The position numbers were made by a program, and so were the translations under genes. A stretch of 64,000 nt of DNA from Alphaproteobacteria bacterium (GTDB taxonomy: Bacteria > Pseudomonadota > Alphaproteobacteria > GCA-2731375): positions 160,001-224,000 of the forward strand of contig CBDDBZ010000035.1 in assembly GCA_965225945.1 (NCBI GenBank), in the 5' to 3' direction. The notes beneath the pieces are model-generated. The model was given only the letters and a program-made list of their open reading frames with translations, was not told where the DNA came from and did not search any database. Each line of letters opens with the position of its first letter. Within the stretch, counting starts at the first letter, position 1. Shown in pieces: positions 31,356-40,717 of the stretch.

Positions 31356-32255
31356 ATGATGCGGGCTTTGTCGAGAAGTATCGTCCTGCTGCTGGTCCTC
31401 GCGCTCGGGTCCTGCGGCGAAAGCATCGAGGAGAAGGTCACCGCGCGCCACAAAGTCGTGGCGGGCGCGTTGGACCAGCTCGGCAAGGCGATCGATCGCG
31501 GCCAGATCCGCAACGCCGGTCTGCTTCGGGCCTACGTCAAGATCGTCGCCAAGGACCAGCCCGACGTCGCCGAGGTGGCGAACGCGCTGGCCAAGGAGGG
31601 GACGCGCGACGCGCTCGCCTACAAGGCGCTGGGCGACCGGCTGGCCAAGGTCAATTTGAAGCCCGCGGACGAGCGCGCCGGCAACGAAAGCATGGACCAG
31701 CTTCGCCGCCTCGAGGCGGCGGCCGATCCGTCCGTCTACGACGATTCGCTGATCGACGTGGTCAACGTGCTGGCGGACCTCTCGCAGGGCAAGCTCGCCC
31801 GGCTGAACGTGCCGGAGACGGAGAAGACCGGCAAGCAGGGCGCCGGCTCCCACCTGGTCGGCAATCCGGCCTATGGTCAATGGCGTAGCGGGCCGAGCGG
31901 CCTCACCTGGTTCTTTCTCGGCCGCTACAGCAGCTTCGGCGGCGGCTTCTACGGGAGGCCCTATGGCTACGACTCCTGGTACCGCGGCCGGGGCTGGAGC
32001 TACTACAACGACGTCGGCCGCAACTATTACGGCTCGCGCGCCGACAACAACCGTTGGAACGACGCCGGTCGGCGGATCAAGGACACGCGGCCGAAGAAGT
32101 CCTACGGATCGCTTCGCAGCGCTCGGCGGCTCTCGACCTACGGCACGGCGGGCGGCATGAAGCAGCCGGCGGCGGTCAAGCGGACCTCGTCCAGAAGCTC
32201 GCGCTCGCCATACGCCGCCAGCAGCCGCGGCCGGGGCAGCGGGCGCGGCAAGTAG
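31356..32255 (+). CDS. Lipoprotein with Gly/Tyr/Ser/Arg-rich tail (YjfM/DUF1190-like position)
   Basis: Lipobox LALGS-C; low-complexity basic C-terminus SSRGRGSGRGK. Confidence 0.7.
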   Translation: MMRALSRSIVLLLVLALGSCGESIEEKVTARHKVVAGALDQLGKAIDRGQIRNAGLLRAYVKIVAKDQPDVAEVANALAKEGTRDALAYKALGDRLAKVNLKPADERAGNESMDQLRRLEAAADPSVYDDSLIDVVNVLADLSQGKLARLNVPETEKTGKQGAGSHLVGNPAYGQWRSGPSGLTWFFLGRYSSFGGGFYGRPYGYDSWYRGRGWSYYNDVGRNYYGSRADNNRWNDAGRRIKDTRPKKSYGSLRSARRLSTYGTAGGMKQPAAVKRTSSRSSRSPYAASSRGRGSGRGK

Positions 32256-32284
32256 GGCTTAAAGTCAGGGAAGGCAGGAAGGGA

Positions 32285-33178
32285 ATGGAATTCCAGTTCA
32301 TCGACGGGCGGGCCGCCGGCATGCTGGCGATGGATTTCGTCATCATCTTCGTGGTGCTGCTTTCCATCCGGGCCTTGTTCGGCTTCATCTCCGGCGTCAA
32401 CGCCACCAGCGAGCTGGCGAGCAAGGACAACTTCGCCTTCGGCATCTCGCTCACCGGGGCCACCGCGGGGGTCGCCATCATGCTGTCGGGCGTCGCCACC
32501 GGCGGCATCGCCCGCTCCTTCGGCGAGGAGGCGGCGTTGATGGTCGTCTTCGCCGTGGTCGGCCTGGTGCTGATGTGGTTCACCCGCCTGATATTCGATC
32601 GGGTGACGCTGCCGGGCATCTCGGTCAGGGACGAGATCGATCGCGGCAACACTGCCACGGCCATCGTCGATGCCGGCAACGTGGTCGCCACCGCGATCAT
32701 GATCCGCGCCATCATCGTGTGGTCCGACGACGTCCTGACCACCGGCCTGATCGCCGTCTTCATCGGCTACATCGCCTCGCAGATCATCCTCACGCTCACC
32801 GCCTTCTATCGGGTCCAGCTGTTCTCTCGGCGCAACAAGGGGGCCCAGTTCCAGGAGGCGATCCGCGACGGCAACGTGGCGCTGGCGTTGCGCTTCGCCG
32901 GTTTCCAGGCCGGCATCGCCTTCGGCGTGACGGCGGCCTCCGGTCTGGCGGTCTACGACACGATCTCCAATCCCGTGCTGCAGGGGCTGGCCTGGAGCAT
33001 CGCCTCGCTGGTGCTCTCGGCGGTGCTGATCGGGCTCTCCATGATCGCCGAACGCTTCGTGCTGGCCGGGATCGACGTCTCGGAAGAGGTCGACCAGCAG
33101 CGCAACGTCGGCGTCGGCCTGGTCGAGGTTTCGGTTTACATCTCCATCGGCCTGCTGCTGAACGGACTCCTCGGGTGA
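32285..33178 (+). CDS. DUF350 (YjfL-like) multi-repeat membrane protein
   Basis: Repeated (D/R)N-x-A/G helical hairpins (KDNFAFGI, RGNTATAI, DGNVALAL, QRNVGVGL). Confidence 0.8.
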   Translation: MEFQFIDGRAAGMLAMDFVIIFVVLLSIRALFGFISGVNATSELASKDNFAFGISLTGATAGVAIMLSGVATGGIARSFGEEAALMVVFAVVGLVLMWFTRLIFDRVTLPGISVRDEIDRGNTATAIVDAGNVVATAIMIRAIIVWSDDVLTTGLIAVFIGYIASQIILTLTAFYRVQLFSRRNKGAQFQEAIRDGNVALALRFAGFQAGIAFGVTAASGLAVYDTISNPVLQGLAWSIASLVLSAVLIGLSMIAERFVLAGIDVSEEVDQQRNVGVGLVEVSVYISIGLLLNGLLG

Positions 33179-33191
33179 GGGCGCGGCGGCG

Positions 33192-34952
33192 ATGTCGGGC
33201 CAGGCGATGGACAGCCCCGGACGCCGGCTCGGCGCCCGTCTCGGCCCGACCTTCGGCCACGACGCGGCGCTGATCCTCATCACCGGCGTGCTCGCCGGTT
33301 GCGGCCTGGTCTACGAATATCTCCTGGCGCACACGGCCGGTCGCATCCTCGGAGCGGTCGAGGCGGTGATCTTCGCCATGATCGGCCTGATGATCGTCTC
33401 GATGGGCGTCGGCTCCTTCCTCGCCCGCTATATCCGCGATCCCTTCACCGGCTTCGCCTGGCTGGAGGGCGGGCTGGCGCTGCTCGGCGGCGGCTCGGTG
33501 CTGATGATGGGCGCCATCACCGCAGCCGTCGTGGTGCTGCCCCGCACGCTCGCCGAGACCTATGGCCTGCCGCCGGATCTGGTGCCGCGGGGTGGCTTGG
33601 TGGAGACACTGGAAGGCGTGGCGAGCGTCGCGCCCTATGTTCTGGGGGCGATCCTCGGGATCATGGTCGGCATGGAGATCCCGCTGCTGGCGCGGATCCG
33701 CCAGATCTTGCATGGCCGTCACCTGACCCACAACACCGGCACGATCTACGGCGCCGATTACCTCGGCGCCGGGATCGGCGCCGCGCTCTGGGTCGCCTTC
33801 ATGCTGGCGATGGAGCCGGCCCGGGCGGCGGTGCTGACGGCCGCCGCCAACTTGGCGATCGGCGAGGTCTTCCTGGCCATCTACGCGCGGCGCGTGCGCC
33901 TGCTCTGGCTGGTATTGGCGCTGCACGGGCTGGTCGCCGTGGCCTTGGTGGTGGTGGCGATGCACGGCGTCGCGTGGTCGCGCCAGCTCGAGGACCTGCT
34001 CTACGAGGACCGGGTGGTGCACAGCGTCGATACCGGGCATCAGCGGCTGACGGTGACCGAGCGCCTGGTCGATCCCGCGCGGCCGCCGGTTCACAGCTTC
34101 TTTATCAACGGCCGCATACAATTCCAGAGCACCGACGAGCACATCTATCACGCCATGCTGACCTACCCCGCGATGGTCGCCGCCGCCCGGCGCGAAGCGG
34201 TGCTGATCGTCGGCGGCGGCGACGGCCTGGCGCTCCGCGACGTCTTGCGTTGGGGGCCGCGCGAGATCTTGCTGCTCGATCTCGACCCGCGCCTCGTCGC
34301 CTTCTTCACCGAGCCGCTGATCAGGAATGGCCGGGCGGTCAATGGCCCGCTGCTGGAGCTGAACGGCCGGGCCTTCGCCGACGCCAGAGTGGAGACCCGC
34401 TTCGGCGACGCCTTTCTCACCGTGGATCGCCTGATTCGCGAGGAACGGCGCTTCGACGTCATCCTGGTCGACCTGCCCGATCCCTCGAACGTCGATCTCA
34501 ACCGGCTCTACACGGTGAAGTTCTACGCCAAGCTGCGCCTGCTTCTGGCCGGAGACGGCGCCATGGCGGTGCAATCGACCTCGCCCTATCACGCCCGCAA
34601 GGCCTTTCTCTCGATCGGCAAGACGATCCGCCAGGCCGGCTTCGCCCATGTCGAGCAATATCGCCAGAACGTGCCGAGCTTCGGCGAATGGGGCTGGTCG
34701 ATCGCCGTCGCCAACGGCCGCCCGGCGAGCCGCCGAATCGCCGAGACGGCGCGCTTGCCCGTAGACGACGGCTGGACCACCAAGGCGGTGCTGCAAGGCG
34801 CCTTCGCCTTTCCCCGGAACTTTTTCGACGGGCTGGACGCGATCGAGGTCTCGCGCCTCGGCAACGCCGCCGCCTATCGCTATCACCAACAGGCCTGGGA
34901 GCGGGAGCAAGGGCTGCCGACGGACGGCCCGACGCCGCGCGGGGGGACTTGA
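33192..34952 (+). CDS. Membrane-fused polyamine aminopropyltransferase (spermidine synthase-like)
   Basis: N-terminal TM domain; DEHIYH, IVGGGDG, DLPDP and VPSFGEWG motifs. Confidence 0.88.
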   Translation: MSGQAMDSPGRRLGARLGPTFGHDAALILITGVLAGCGLVYEYLLAHTAGRILGAVEAVIFAMIGLMIVSMGVGSFLARYIRDPFTGFAWLEGGLALLGGGSVLMMGAITAAVVVLPRTLAETYGLPPDLVPRGGLVETLEGVASVAPYVLGAILGIMVGMEIPLLARIRQILHGRHLTHNTGTIYGADYLGAGIGAALWVAFMLAMEPARAAVLTAAANLAIGEVFLAIYARRVRLLWLVLALHGLVAVALVVVAMHGVAWSRQLEDLLYEDRVVHSVDTGHQRLTVTERLVDPARPPVHSFFINGRIQFQSTDEHIYHAMLTYPAMVAAARREAVLIVGGGDGLALRDVLRWGPREILLLDLDPRLVAFFTEPLIRNGRAVNGPLLELNGRAFADARVETRFGDAFLTVDRLIREERRFDVILVDLPDPSNVDLNRLYTVKFYAKLRLLLAGDGAMAVQSTSPYHARKAFLSIGKTIRQAGFAHVEQYRQNVPSFGEWGWSIAVANGRPASRRIAETARLPVDDGWTTKAVLQGAFAFPRNFFDGLDAIEVSRLGNAAAYRYHQQAWEREQGLPTDGPTPRGGT

Positions 34953-35003
34953 CATGCCCGTCACGCTTCCCATATATGTGACATGTCACACGTGACCAGT
35001 CAC
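34948..35003 (+). promoter_or_regulatory. Sigma70 promoter with two GTGAC-N2-GTCAC operators
   Basis: CTTGAC-N17-CATATA (34948-34976); TGTGACATGTCACA at 34977-34990; GTGACCAGTCAC at 34992-35003. Confidence 0.7.
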
Positions 35004-35067
35004 ATAAGAAGGAGGTCCCGGCACCCCGTCGCCATGGGCGAGCGGGCAGGCCGGGGAGGACGCGACG

Positions 35068-35688
35068 ATGACCGAGGTTCGGGGCCGCAAGCCCGCTTTA
35101 AGCGTGGCGCAGCGCAAGCGCGTGCAGCGCACCCGGCTTCGGAATTCTGGCTTGGCGCCGGTCGAGGTGTGGATACCGAGACGGCATCGGCCGATTTTGC
35201 GGCGGCTCGAGGCCCTGCTTCGCCAGGACATCGTGCCCGAGTTGCCGCGCCCATATCACGTGACGGCTAGCGGGGAGAGAGTTATGGACCTCAAAATGCT
35301 GAGAGAATCGTTGAACGACCTGACCACCGAGGACGGTTTCCACCTCCAGGCGGAGATGGCCGACGACGGCGAGACCGTCGAAATCGTGGTCGAGGATCGC
35401 GAGGAGTTTCCGGTCGTGATCTCGACGGACGAAGAGCAGGTGCTCTGCCTGACCTATCTGTTCGACGAAAGCCAAGTCAAGGCGGACGGCCGCACCGAGA
35501 TGCTGGCGACGATGCTGGAGATGAACGTTCCTCTCCCGCTGTCGTCCTTCGGCAAGGTCGGCGGCCGCTACGTCATCTTCGGCGCGCTGGCCGCCAGTAG
35601 CACTGTCGCCGACGTGGTCACCGAAATCGAGGTTTTGAGCGACAACACCCTCGACGCCATCGAGGCCGTGAGCCCCTACCTCGCCTGA
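35068..35688 (+). CDS. YjfI/DUF2170 family protein with N-terminal RHH-like extension
   Basis: VPLPLSSFG...YVIFGAL YjfI motif; N-terminal RTRLRNSGLAPVEVWIP; possible internal ATG at 35284. Confidence 0.8.
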   Translation: MTEVRGRKPALSVAQRKRVQRTRLRNSGLAPVEVWIPRRHRPILRRLEALLRQDIVPELPRPYHVTASGERVMDLKMLRESLNDLTTEDGFHLQAEMADDGETVEIVVEDREEFPVVISTDEEQVLCLTYLFDESQVKADGRTEMLATMLEMNVPLPLSSFGKVGGRYVIFGALAASSTVADVVTEIEVLSDNTLDAIEAVSPYLA

Positions 35689-35715
35689 GAGACGAAGCAA
35701 CGAAAGGAGAGAACC

Positions 35716-36408
35716 ATGAGCATTCTTGCCAAACTCGTCACCGCCATGAAGGGCGCGGCCTCCGAGGCCGGCGAGGCCGTGGTCGACCATCAGGCGCTGC
35801 GTATTCTCGACCAGGAGATGCGGGACGCCGAGAAGCAGCTGGGCGAGGCGAAGTCGCACCTGACCCAGATTATGGCGCAGCGCCGCGGCGTGGGGCGCGA
35901 GGTCGACCGCTTGACCGGCGCCATATCGGAGCACGAGGGCTATGCCGCGACGGCGCTGGAGAAGGGCGACGAGACCCTCGCCGGCGAGGTCTGCGAGCGG
36001 ATCGCCGCCTACGAGGAAGAGCTTCAGGTGCAGCAGCAGGCGGCCGAGCAGCTCGACAAGGGCCTCGGCCAACTGAAGCAGAACATCAAGACCACCGAGC
36101 GCAATATCGCGGCCATGAAGCGCCAGGTGAACATGGTGAAGGCGACGGAGAAGGTGCAGAAGGCGAGCGCCGCCGCCTCCGCCCGCTTCTCCGGCACCGA
36201 TTCCTCGCTCGGCTCGGCCACCAATTCGCTGGAGCGGATCAAGAAGCGCCAGCAGGAGCGTTCGGACCGCATGGACGCCGCCGCCCAGCTCCACGAGGAG
36301 ACCGAGGGCGTCGATCTCGACAAGCGGCTGAAGGCGGCCGGGATCACCAAGTCCGGTGCCTCCGGGGCCGACGTCTTGGCTCGCCTCAAGGCCAAGTCGG
36401 GCGGCTGA
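35716..36408 (+). CDS. PspA/IM30 family protein (YjfJ-like, bacterial ESCRT-III homolog)
   Basis: RILDQEMRDA, long coiled coil, SLERIKKRQ and VLARLKAK motifs. Confidence 0.92.
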   Translation: MSILAKLVTAMKGAASEAGEAVVDHQALRILDQEMRDAEKQLGEAKSHLTQIMAQRRGVGREVDRLTGAISEHEGYAATALEKGDETLAGEVCERIAAYEEELQVQQQAAEQLDKGLGQLKQNIKTTERNIAAMKRQVNMVKATEKVQKASAAASARFSGTDSSLGSATNSLERIKKRQQERSDRMDAAAQLHEETEGVDLDKRLKAAGITKSGASGADVLARLKAKSGG

Positions 36409-36410
36409 TC

Positions 36411-37052
36411 GTGATCCTGCGCCGCCTCTTCGGTCGCGGCGGGGACGAGCCGCCCCCGCCGCCGATCGAGAACGCCTGGGATCTCCGCCAAGGGGATTTC
36501 CTCAAGCTGACGCTGGCCGCGCCCGAGGGACTCTCGGGCGCGGAGCTTCAGGTCCAGGCGGTACACGGGCTCGATTTCGGCGGCCCCTCCAAGACCCGCC
36601 GAGTGCTGCAACTCGAGGGCGGCAAGGCCGGCCCGACGCAGCTCTGGCGGGACGAACGCGATCGCCTGGCCATCGCCCGCGCCCTCGACCGCCCGGTGGT
36701 GGAGAGCCTCTTCGATCTCGACGTCTTCGCGAGCCTGTTCGATCCCGACGCGCCGGCCAACGTGGTCCTGGAACGGCTGGCGGAACCGGGCGAGCTCGCC
36801 GGCTGGACCGCGCCGCTCTACCGCCAGGAGGGCGCCGAGCAGGCCTGGTATCACCCCCAGGACCCGACGACGGCGAGCATCGAGGATCGCGTGACGTCCG
36901 ACGCCGAGGGGGTCGACCATTACCGCCTGGTGAGTGATGATCGCCGTTACGCCGTCGAGGTCCAGGTCTTCGACAGCGGTCGAACGGACGTGCTGGCGGT
37001 GGCGCTGTTGAGCGCGTCGTCGGTGGAGGAGCTCTGGCCCGCCGGCGGCTGA
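36411..37052 (+). CDS. Hypothetical protein, YjfK/DUF2491-like by position and motifs
   Basis: Directly follows PspA; amphipathic LRRLFG start and LRQGD motif. Confidence 0.55.
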   Translation: MILRRLFGRGGDEPPPPPIENAWDLRQGDFLKLTLAAPEGLSGAELQVQAVHGLDFGGPSKTRRVLQLEGGKAGPTQLWRDERDRLAIARALDRPVVESLFDLDVFASLFDPDAPANVVLERLAEPGELAGWTAPLYRQEGAEQAWYHPQDPTTASIEDRVTSDAEGVDHYRLVSDDRRYAVEVQVFDSGRTDVLAVALLSASSVEELWPAGG

Positions 37053-37082
37053 GCCGGATCGAGAGGGGGGCAACGGCGGGAC

Positions 37083-38189
37083 ATGCTGCAGACGCTGGTT
37101 GGCCGCTTGCGCCGCCGCCGGCCGCGCTTCGCCAGTCGCGCGGAGGACGTCGGTCCGAAGGCGGTGACCGTGCTCTTCGCCTATCTCTTCATCATCATCG
37201 TCCTCCATATCGCGGCGATGATGCTGTTCGAGGGGCTGGGAATCGGCGATGCCGCCTGGCTCACCGCCACCTCCGTCACCACGGTCGGCTACGGCGACAT
37301 GTCGGCCGCCAGCGGCCCGGGGCGGTGGTCGACGGTATTGCTGGTCTACGTCGGCGGCATCTTCGTGCTGGCCAAGGGCGCGGGCGACTATTTCGACTAT
37401 CGCTCCGAGCGCCACCATCGCATGATCACCGGACGCTGGAGTTGGAACATGGCCGACCATCTGCTGTTGATCCATACGCCCCGACGGGGCGCCATACGCT
37501 ATTTCACCACTCTCGTCGGCCAACTTCGCGATACCGATTGGGGTGGCGACCGCGACGTCATCATCGTCACCGATCAATGGGCGGACGGCCTGCCGTCCGC
37601 GCTGCGGGGGCAAGGCGTCGTGCATGTCGACGGTCGGGCGGACGATCCGGAGGTGTTGCGGGCGGCATCGGCCGAGCAAGCGGCAGCGATCGTCGTGCTG
37701 GTCGCCGATCTGGAGGACTCGGCCGCCGACAGTGTCGCCTTCGATCTGGTGCACCGCCTGTCGGAGCTCGGGACCGAGGCGCCGATATTGGTCGAGTGTG
37801 TCGACGACGCCAATGGCGATCGCCTGCGCGAGGCCGGCGCCAGCTCCGTGCTGCGTCCCATGCGCGGCTATCCCGAAATGATGGTCCGCGCCCTGGTCGC
37901 CCCCGGCAGCACGGAGATCATCACCAACATCTTTACCACCGAGGGCGACACATGCGTGCGCTTCGAGTGCGACTTGCCCGGGGTGGCGTGGCGGCGCGTG
38001 GTCGAAACCTTGATGGAGGGGGGCTACGGCACCGCGATCGGCTATGCCGCGAGCGACGACGGCAAGGTCGTCGTAAATCCGGGGCCCGACGATTCCGTCC
38101 ATGCGCGCGGGATCTTCCTCATCGCCAAGGACGGTCGGGAGAGCATGACCGAAGCCCTGCGCGAGACGCTCGCCGGCCTGGCGGCCTGA
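37083..38189 (+). CDS. Two-TM potassium channel with RCK/TrkA-N domain
   Basis: Selectivity filter TTVGYGD; RCK-like C-terminus. Confidence 0.9.
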   Translation: MLQTLVGRLRRRRPRFASRAEDVGPKAVTVLFAYLFIIIVLHIAAMMLFEGLGIGDAAWLTATSVTTVGYGDMSAASGPGRWSTVLLVYVGGIFVLAKGAGDYFDYRSERHHRMITGRWSWNMADHLLLIHTPRRGAIRYFTTLVGQLRDTDWGGDRDVIIVTDQWADGLPSALRGQGVVHVDGRADDPEVLRAASAEQAAAIVVLVADLEDSAADSVAFDLVHRLSELGTEAPILVECVDDANGDRLREAGASSVLRPMRGYPEMMVRALVAPGSTEIITNIFTTEGDTCVRFECDLPGVAWRRVVETLMEGGYGTAIGYAASDDGKVVVNPGPDDSVHARGIFLIAKDGRESMTEALRETLAGLAA

Positions 38190-38198
38190 AGCCGCGGC

Positions 38199-38768
38199 TC
38201 ACTCGAAGTCTTCGCCCGGCAGGGCGCCGTGGATGTGGGTGCGCTCCAGCCAGCCCTCGATATCGGCGATCTCCAGCCGGCACCAGGCGGCGCGGCAGGC
38301 GAGCAGGCGGCCGATCACGCCCGCCTCGGCGCGCAGCACCGCCGGCGCCTCGGCGCTGGGATGGCGCCTGAGCGTCCGCGTCGCGCCGATCACCACCGCG
38401 CGCCTGTGGCCGATCAACAGACTCCTGTGCACCCACCCCTCGGCCCCGTCCGAATCGCGGACCTTGCGCCAGTTCTCGTATTCCCGGGTGATCAGCACCG
38501 GCAGGCCCCGGCGGACGAAGACCCAGGCGATCGGATAGCGCACGCCGGGCCCGGTGCGCAGGTTGACCTTGTCGGAGGCGAGCGAGACGAAACGCGGCAG
38601 CGCCAGTCCGCTCGGCCCGATCCGTGTCGCCTCCTCGCTCGCACCGAGGGCGCCGGCGGTCGCGGCGGGCGCAAGAGGTTCCAGGAGAACGACGCCGAGC
38701 AGGCAAAGCCCCCAGGCCACGGCGCTGACACGGTGCCTGGAAGCTCCCGGTTTCGGTTCGCGAATCAT
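38199..38768 (-). CDS. Secreted tandem bacterial SH3 (SH3_4) protein
   Basis: LPRFVSL, VNLRTGPG and GWVH/GWL motifs. Confidence 0.85.
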   Translation of the reverse strand: MIREPKPGASRHRVSAVAWGLCLLGVVLLEPLAPAATAGALGASEEATRIGPSGLALPRFVSLASDKVNLRTGPGVRYPIAWVFVRRGLPVLITREYENWRKVRDSDGAEGWVHRSLLIGHRRAVVIGATRTLRRHPSAEAPAVLRAEAGVIGRLLACRAAWCRLEIADIEGWLERTHIHGALPGEDFE

Positions 38769-38829
38769 CTCGAGCGACCTTATGCCAACGGGCGGAATCC
38801 GGGGTCAAGTCGTGGCGGTCGAATTTTCG

Positions 38830-39261
38830 TCAAACGAAGACGAGCCGCGCCGAATCCCCGGTTTCCAGCAATAGGGTGGCGAGGCCGCCCGCCTCGATCG
38901 GCACGTCGTCGCGCAGGTCGCCCGGCTCCAGCGCCATCGCCTTCAGCCCCGCCTCGCAGACCATCACGCGCACGCCGAGCTCGACGCAGGCTTCCAGCAG
39001 GGTCTCGAAATCGCCGATTCCGGCCGCGCGAAATTCGGCGTCGCGGGCTGCCGCATCGCCGTCGAGCGCGTGCCAGCCGGGGCCGCCCGCGCCGTCCGAG
39101 GTCGCCAGTGCCCGGGTCGCGCCCATGGTCACGAAGAGCGTCGCCGGGCGGCCGACCGCCTGGGCGGCGCTGGCCATGGCGAGGGCGTAGTGGACCCGCG
39201 CGAAGTCGCCGGAATGAACCACCAGGGCGAGGCCGCCCGCCCCTTCCGCCTCAGGCGCCAT
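38830..39261 (-). CDS. DsrE/DsrF-like family protein
   Basis: LFVTMGA, LLEACVELGVRVMVCE motifs. Confidence 0.75.
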   Translation of the reverse strand: MAPEAEGAGGLALVVHSGDFARVHYALAMASAAQAVGRPATLFVTMGATRALATSDGAGGPGWHALDGDAAARDAEFRAAGIGDFETLLEACVELGVRVMVCEAGLKAMALEPGDLRDDVPIEAGGLATLLLETGDSARLVFV

Positions 39262-39284
39262 CGCGGCCCCCCGTCCCCCTCGAT

Positions 39285-40079
39285 TCAGGCCGCATTGCGG
39301 CCTGGGGCGCGGATCGAGGGGCTCGCGCCGCAAAGCCGGCACTGGCTGTCGGGGCGGATGCGCACGGTGCGGAACAGCGTCGACAGCGCATCGTAGATCA
39401 GCAGCCGGCCCGACAGGCTGTCGCCGACCTCGAGCAGCTCCTTGATCACCTCCGTCGCCTGCAGGCCACCCATCACGCCCGCGACCGCGCCCAAGACGCC
39501 GCCTTCGGCGCAGGACGGCACCAGCTCGGCCGGCGGCGGCTCGGGAAAGACGCAGCGGTAGCAAGGATGGCCCGCGCCGAGATACGATTTGTAGGTCGAG
39601 AGCTGACCATCGAAGCGCAACACGGCGGCGGAGACCAGCGTCCTGGCCGCCAGATGGCAAGCGTCGTTCAGCAGGAAGCGGGTGTCGAAATTGTCGGAGC
39701 CGTCGGCGACGAGACCATAGCGGGCGATCAGTTCCATCACGTTCTCGGGCCCGAGGCGGACGGCATGGGGCACGATCCGGACGTCCGGGTTGATCCGGGC
39801 GACCGCGTCGATCGCGCTCTCGACCTTCGCCCGCCCGACATCACCGGTGCCGTGCAGGATCTGGCGCTGCAGGTTGGAGAGCGAGACCCGGTCGTCGTCG
39901 ACGACGCCGATGGTGCCGACGCCGGCCGCCGCCAGATAGGTGATCAAGGGCGAGCCGAGACCGCCGGCACCGACCACCAGAACGCGGCTCGCCAGCAGCC
40001 TCTCCTGGCCGACGCCGCCGACCTCGCGGAGGATGATGTGGCGGGCGTAACGCTCGATCTGGGCATCGTCCATGGTCAT
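39285..40079 (-). CDS. moeB: MoeB/ThiF family adenylyltransferase
   Basis: RYARH, GAGGLG, SNLQRQ and CYRC...C motifs. Confidence 0.85.
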   Translation of the reverse strand: MTMDDAQIERYARHIILREVGGVGQERLLASRVLVVGAGGLGSPLITYLAAAGVGTIGVVDDDRVSLSNLQRQILHGTGDVGRAKVESAIDAVARINPDVRIVPHAVRLGPENVMELIARYGLVADGSDNFDTRFLLNDACHLAARTLVSAAVLRFDGQLSTYKSYLGAGHPCYRCVFPEPPPAELVPSCAEGGVLGAVAGVMGGLQATEVIKELLEVGDSLSGRLLIYDALSTLFRTVRIRPDSQCRLCGASPSIRAPGRNAA

Positions 40080-40231
40080 GGATCCAGCATATCGAAGCGC
40101 GCCCTTGAGAGGTAGCGCTCGGATATGGCTCTAGGCGAAGGAGGGGATGGTGGTGGCGATGCGGCCGGGTGCCGGGCCCGGCCGGCCGGCGATCTCCAGC
40201 CTCGCGGCGAGCGCCACCCTCGGCGAGGGCT

Positions 40232-40717
40232 TCAGCATGGCGCGTCCTCTCCGCTCCGCCCCGTCGAGCCGAAGCCACCGGCGCCACGGGCGCTCTCGTC
40301 CAGGTTCTCGCACGCCACGGGGCGAAGCCGGACGAGGGGCGCGATGACCATCTGGGCGATCCGCTCGCCGCGGCGAAGTGTGACCGGCGCCTCGCCCAGA
40401 TTGATCAGCAGGACGCCGATCTCGCCGCGATAATCGGCATCGATGGTGCCGGGACTGTTCAGTACCGTGAGCCCGGCGGCGCGCGCCAGGCCGGAGCGGG
40501 GGCGGATTTGCGCCTCATAGCCGGCCGGCAACGCGATCGCCAAGCCGGTCGGGACAATTCGCCGCTCGCCCGGCAGCAACACCACCTCGGCGTCGATCGC
40601 GGCGTGCAAGTCCAGTCCGGCGCTGCCCTCGGTTGCGTAGGCGGGCGGCGGCAAGCCCTCCCCGTGTGGCAGGCGGCGGAAGGGCAGCGCCGGGGGGGCC
40701 GTCGCCTGGCCGCTCAT
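40232..40717 (-). CDS. dut: dUTP diphosphatase
   Basis: [22 protein letters not shown] and [10 protein letters not shown] motifs. Confidence 0.95.
   Translation of the reverse strand: MSGQATAPPALPFRRLPHGEGLPPPAYATEGSAGLDLHAAIDAEVVLLPGERRIVPTGLAIALPAGYEAQIRPRSGLARAAGLTVLNSPGTIDADYRGEIGVLLINLGEAPVTLRRGERIAQMVIAPLVRLRPVACENLDESARGAGGFGSTGRSGEDAPC

Noticed and set aside
40131-40239. Short [20 protein letters not shown]... overlapping the dut stop, possibly an Rrf2 regulator remnant
   Set aside because: Too short and divergent to support without a search
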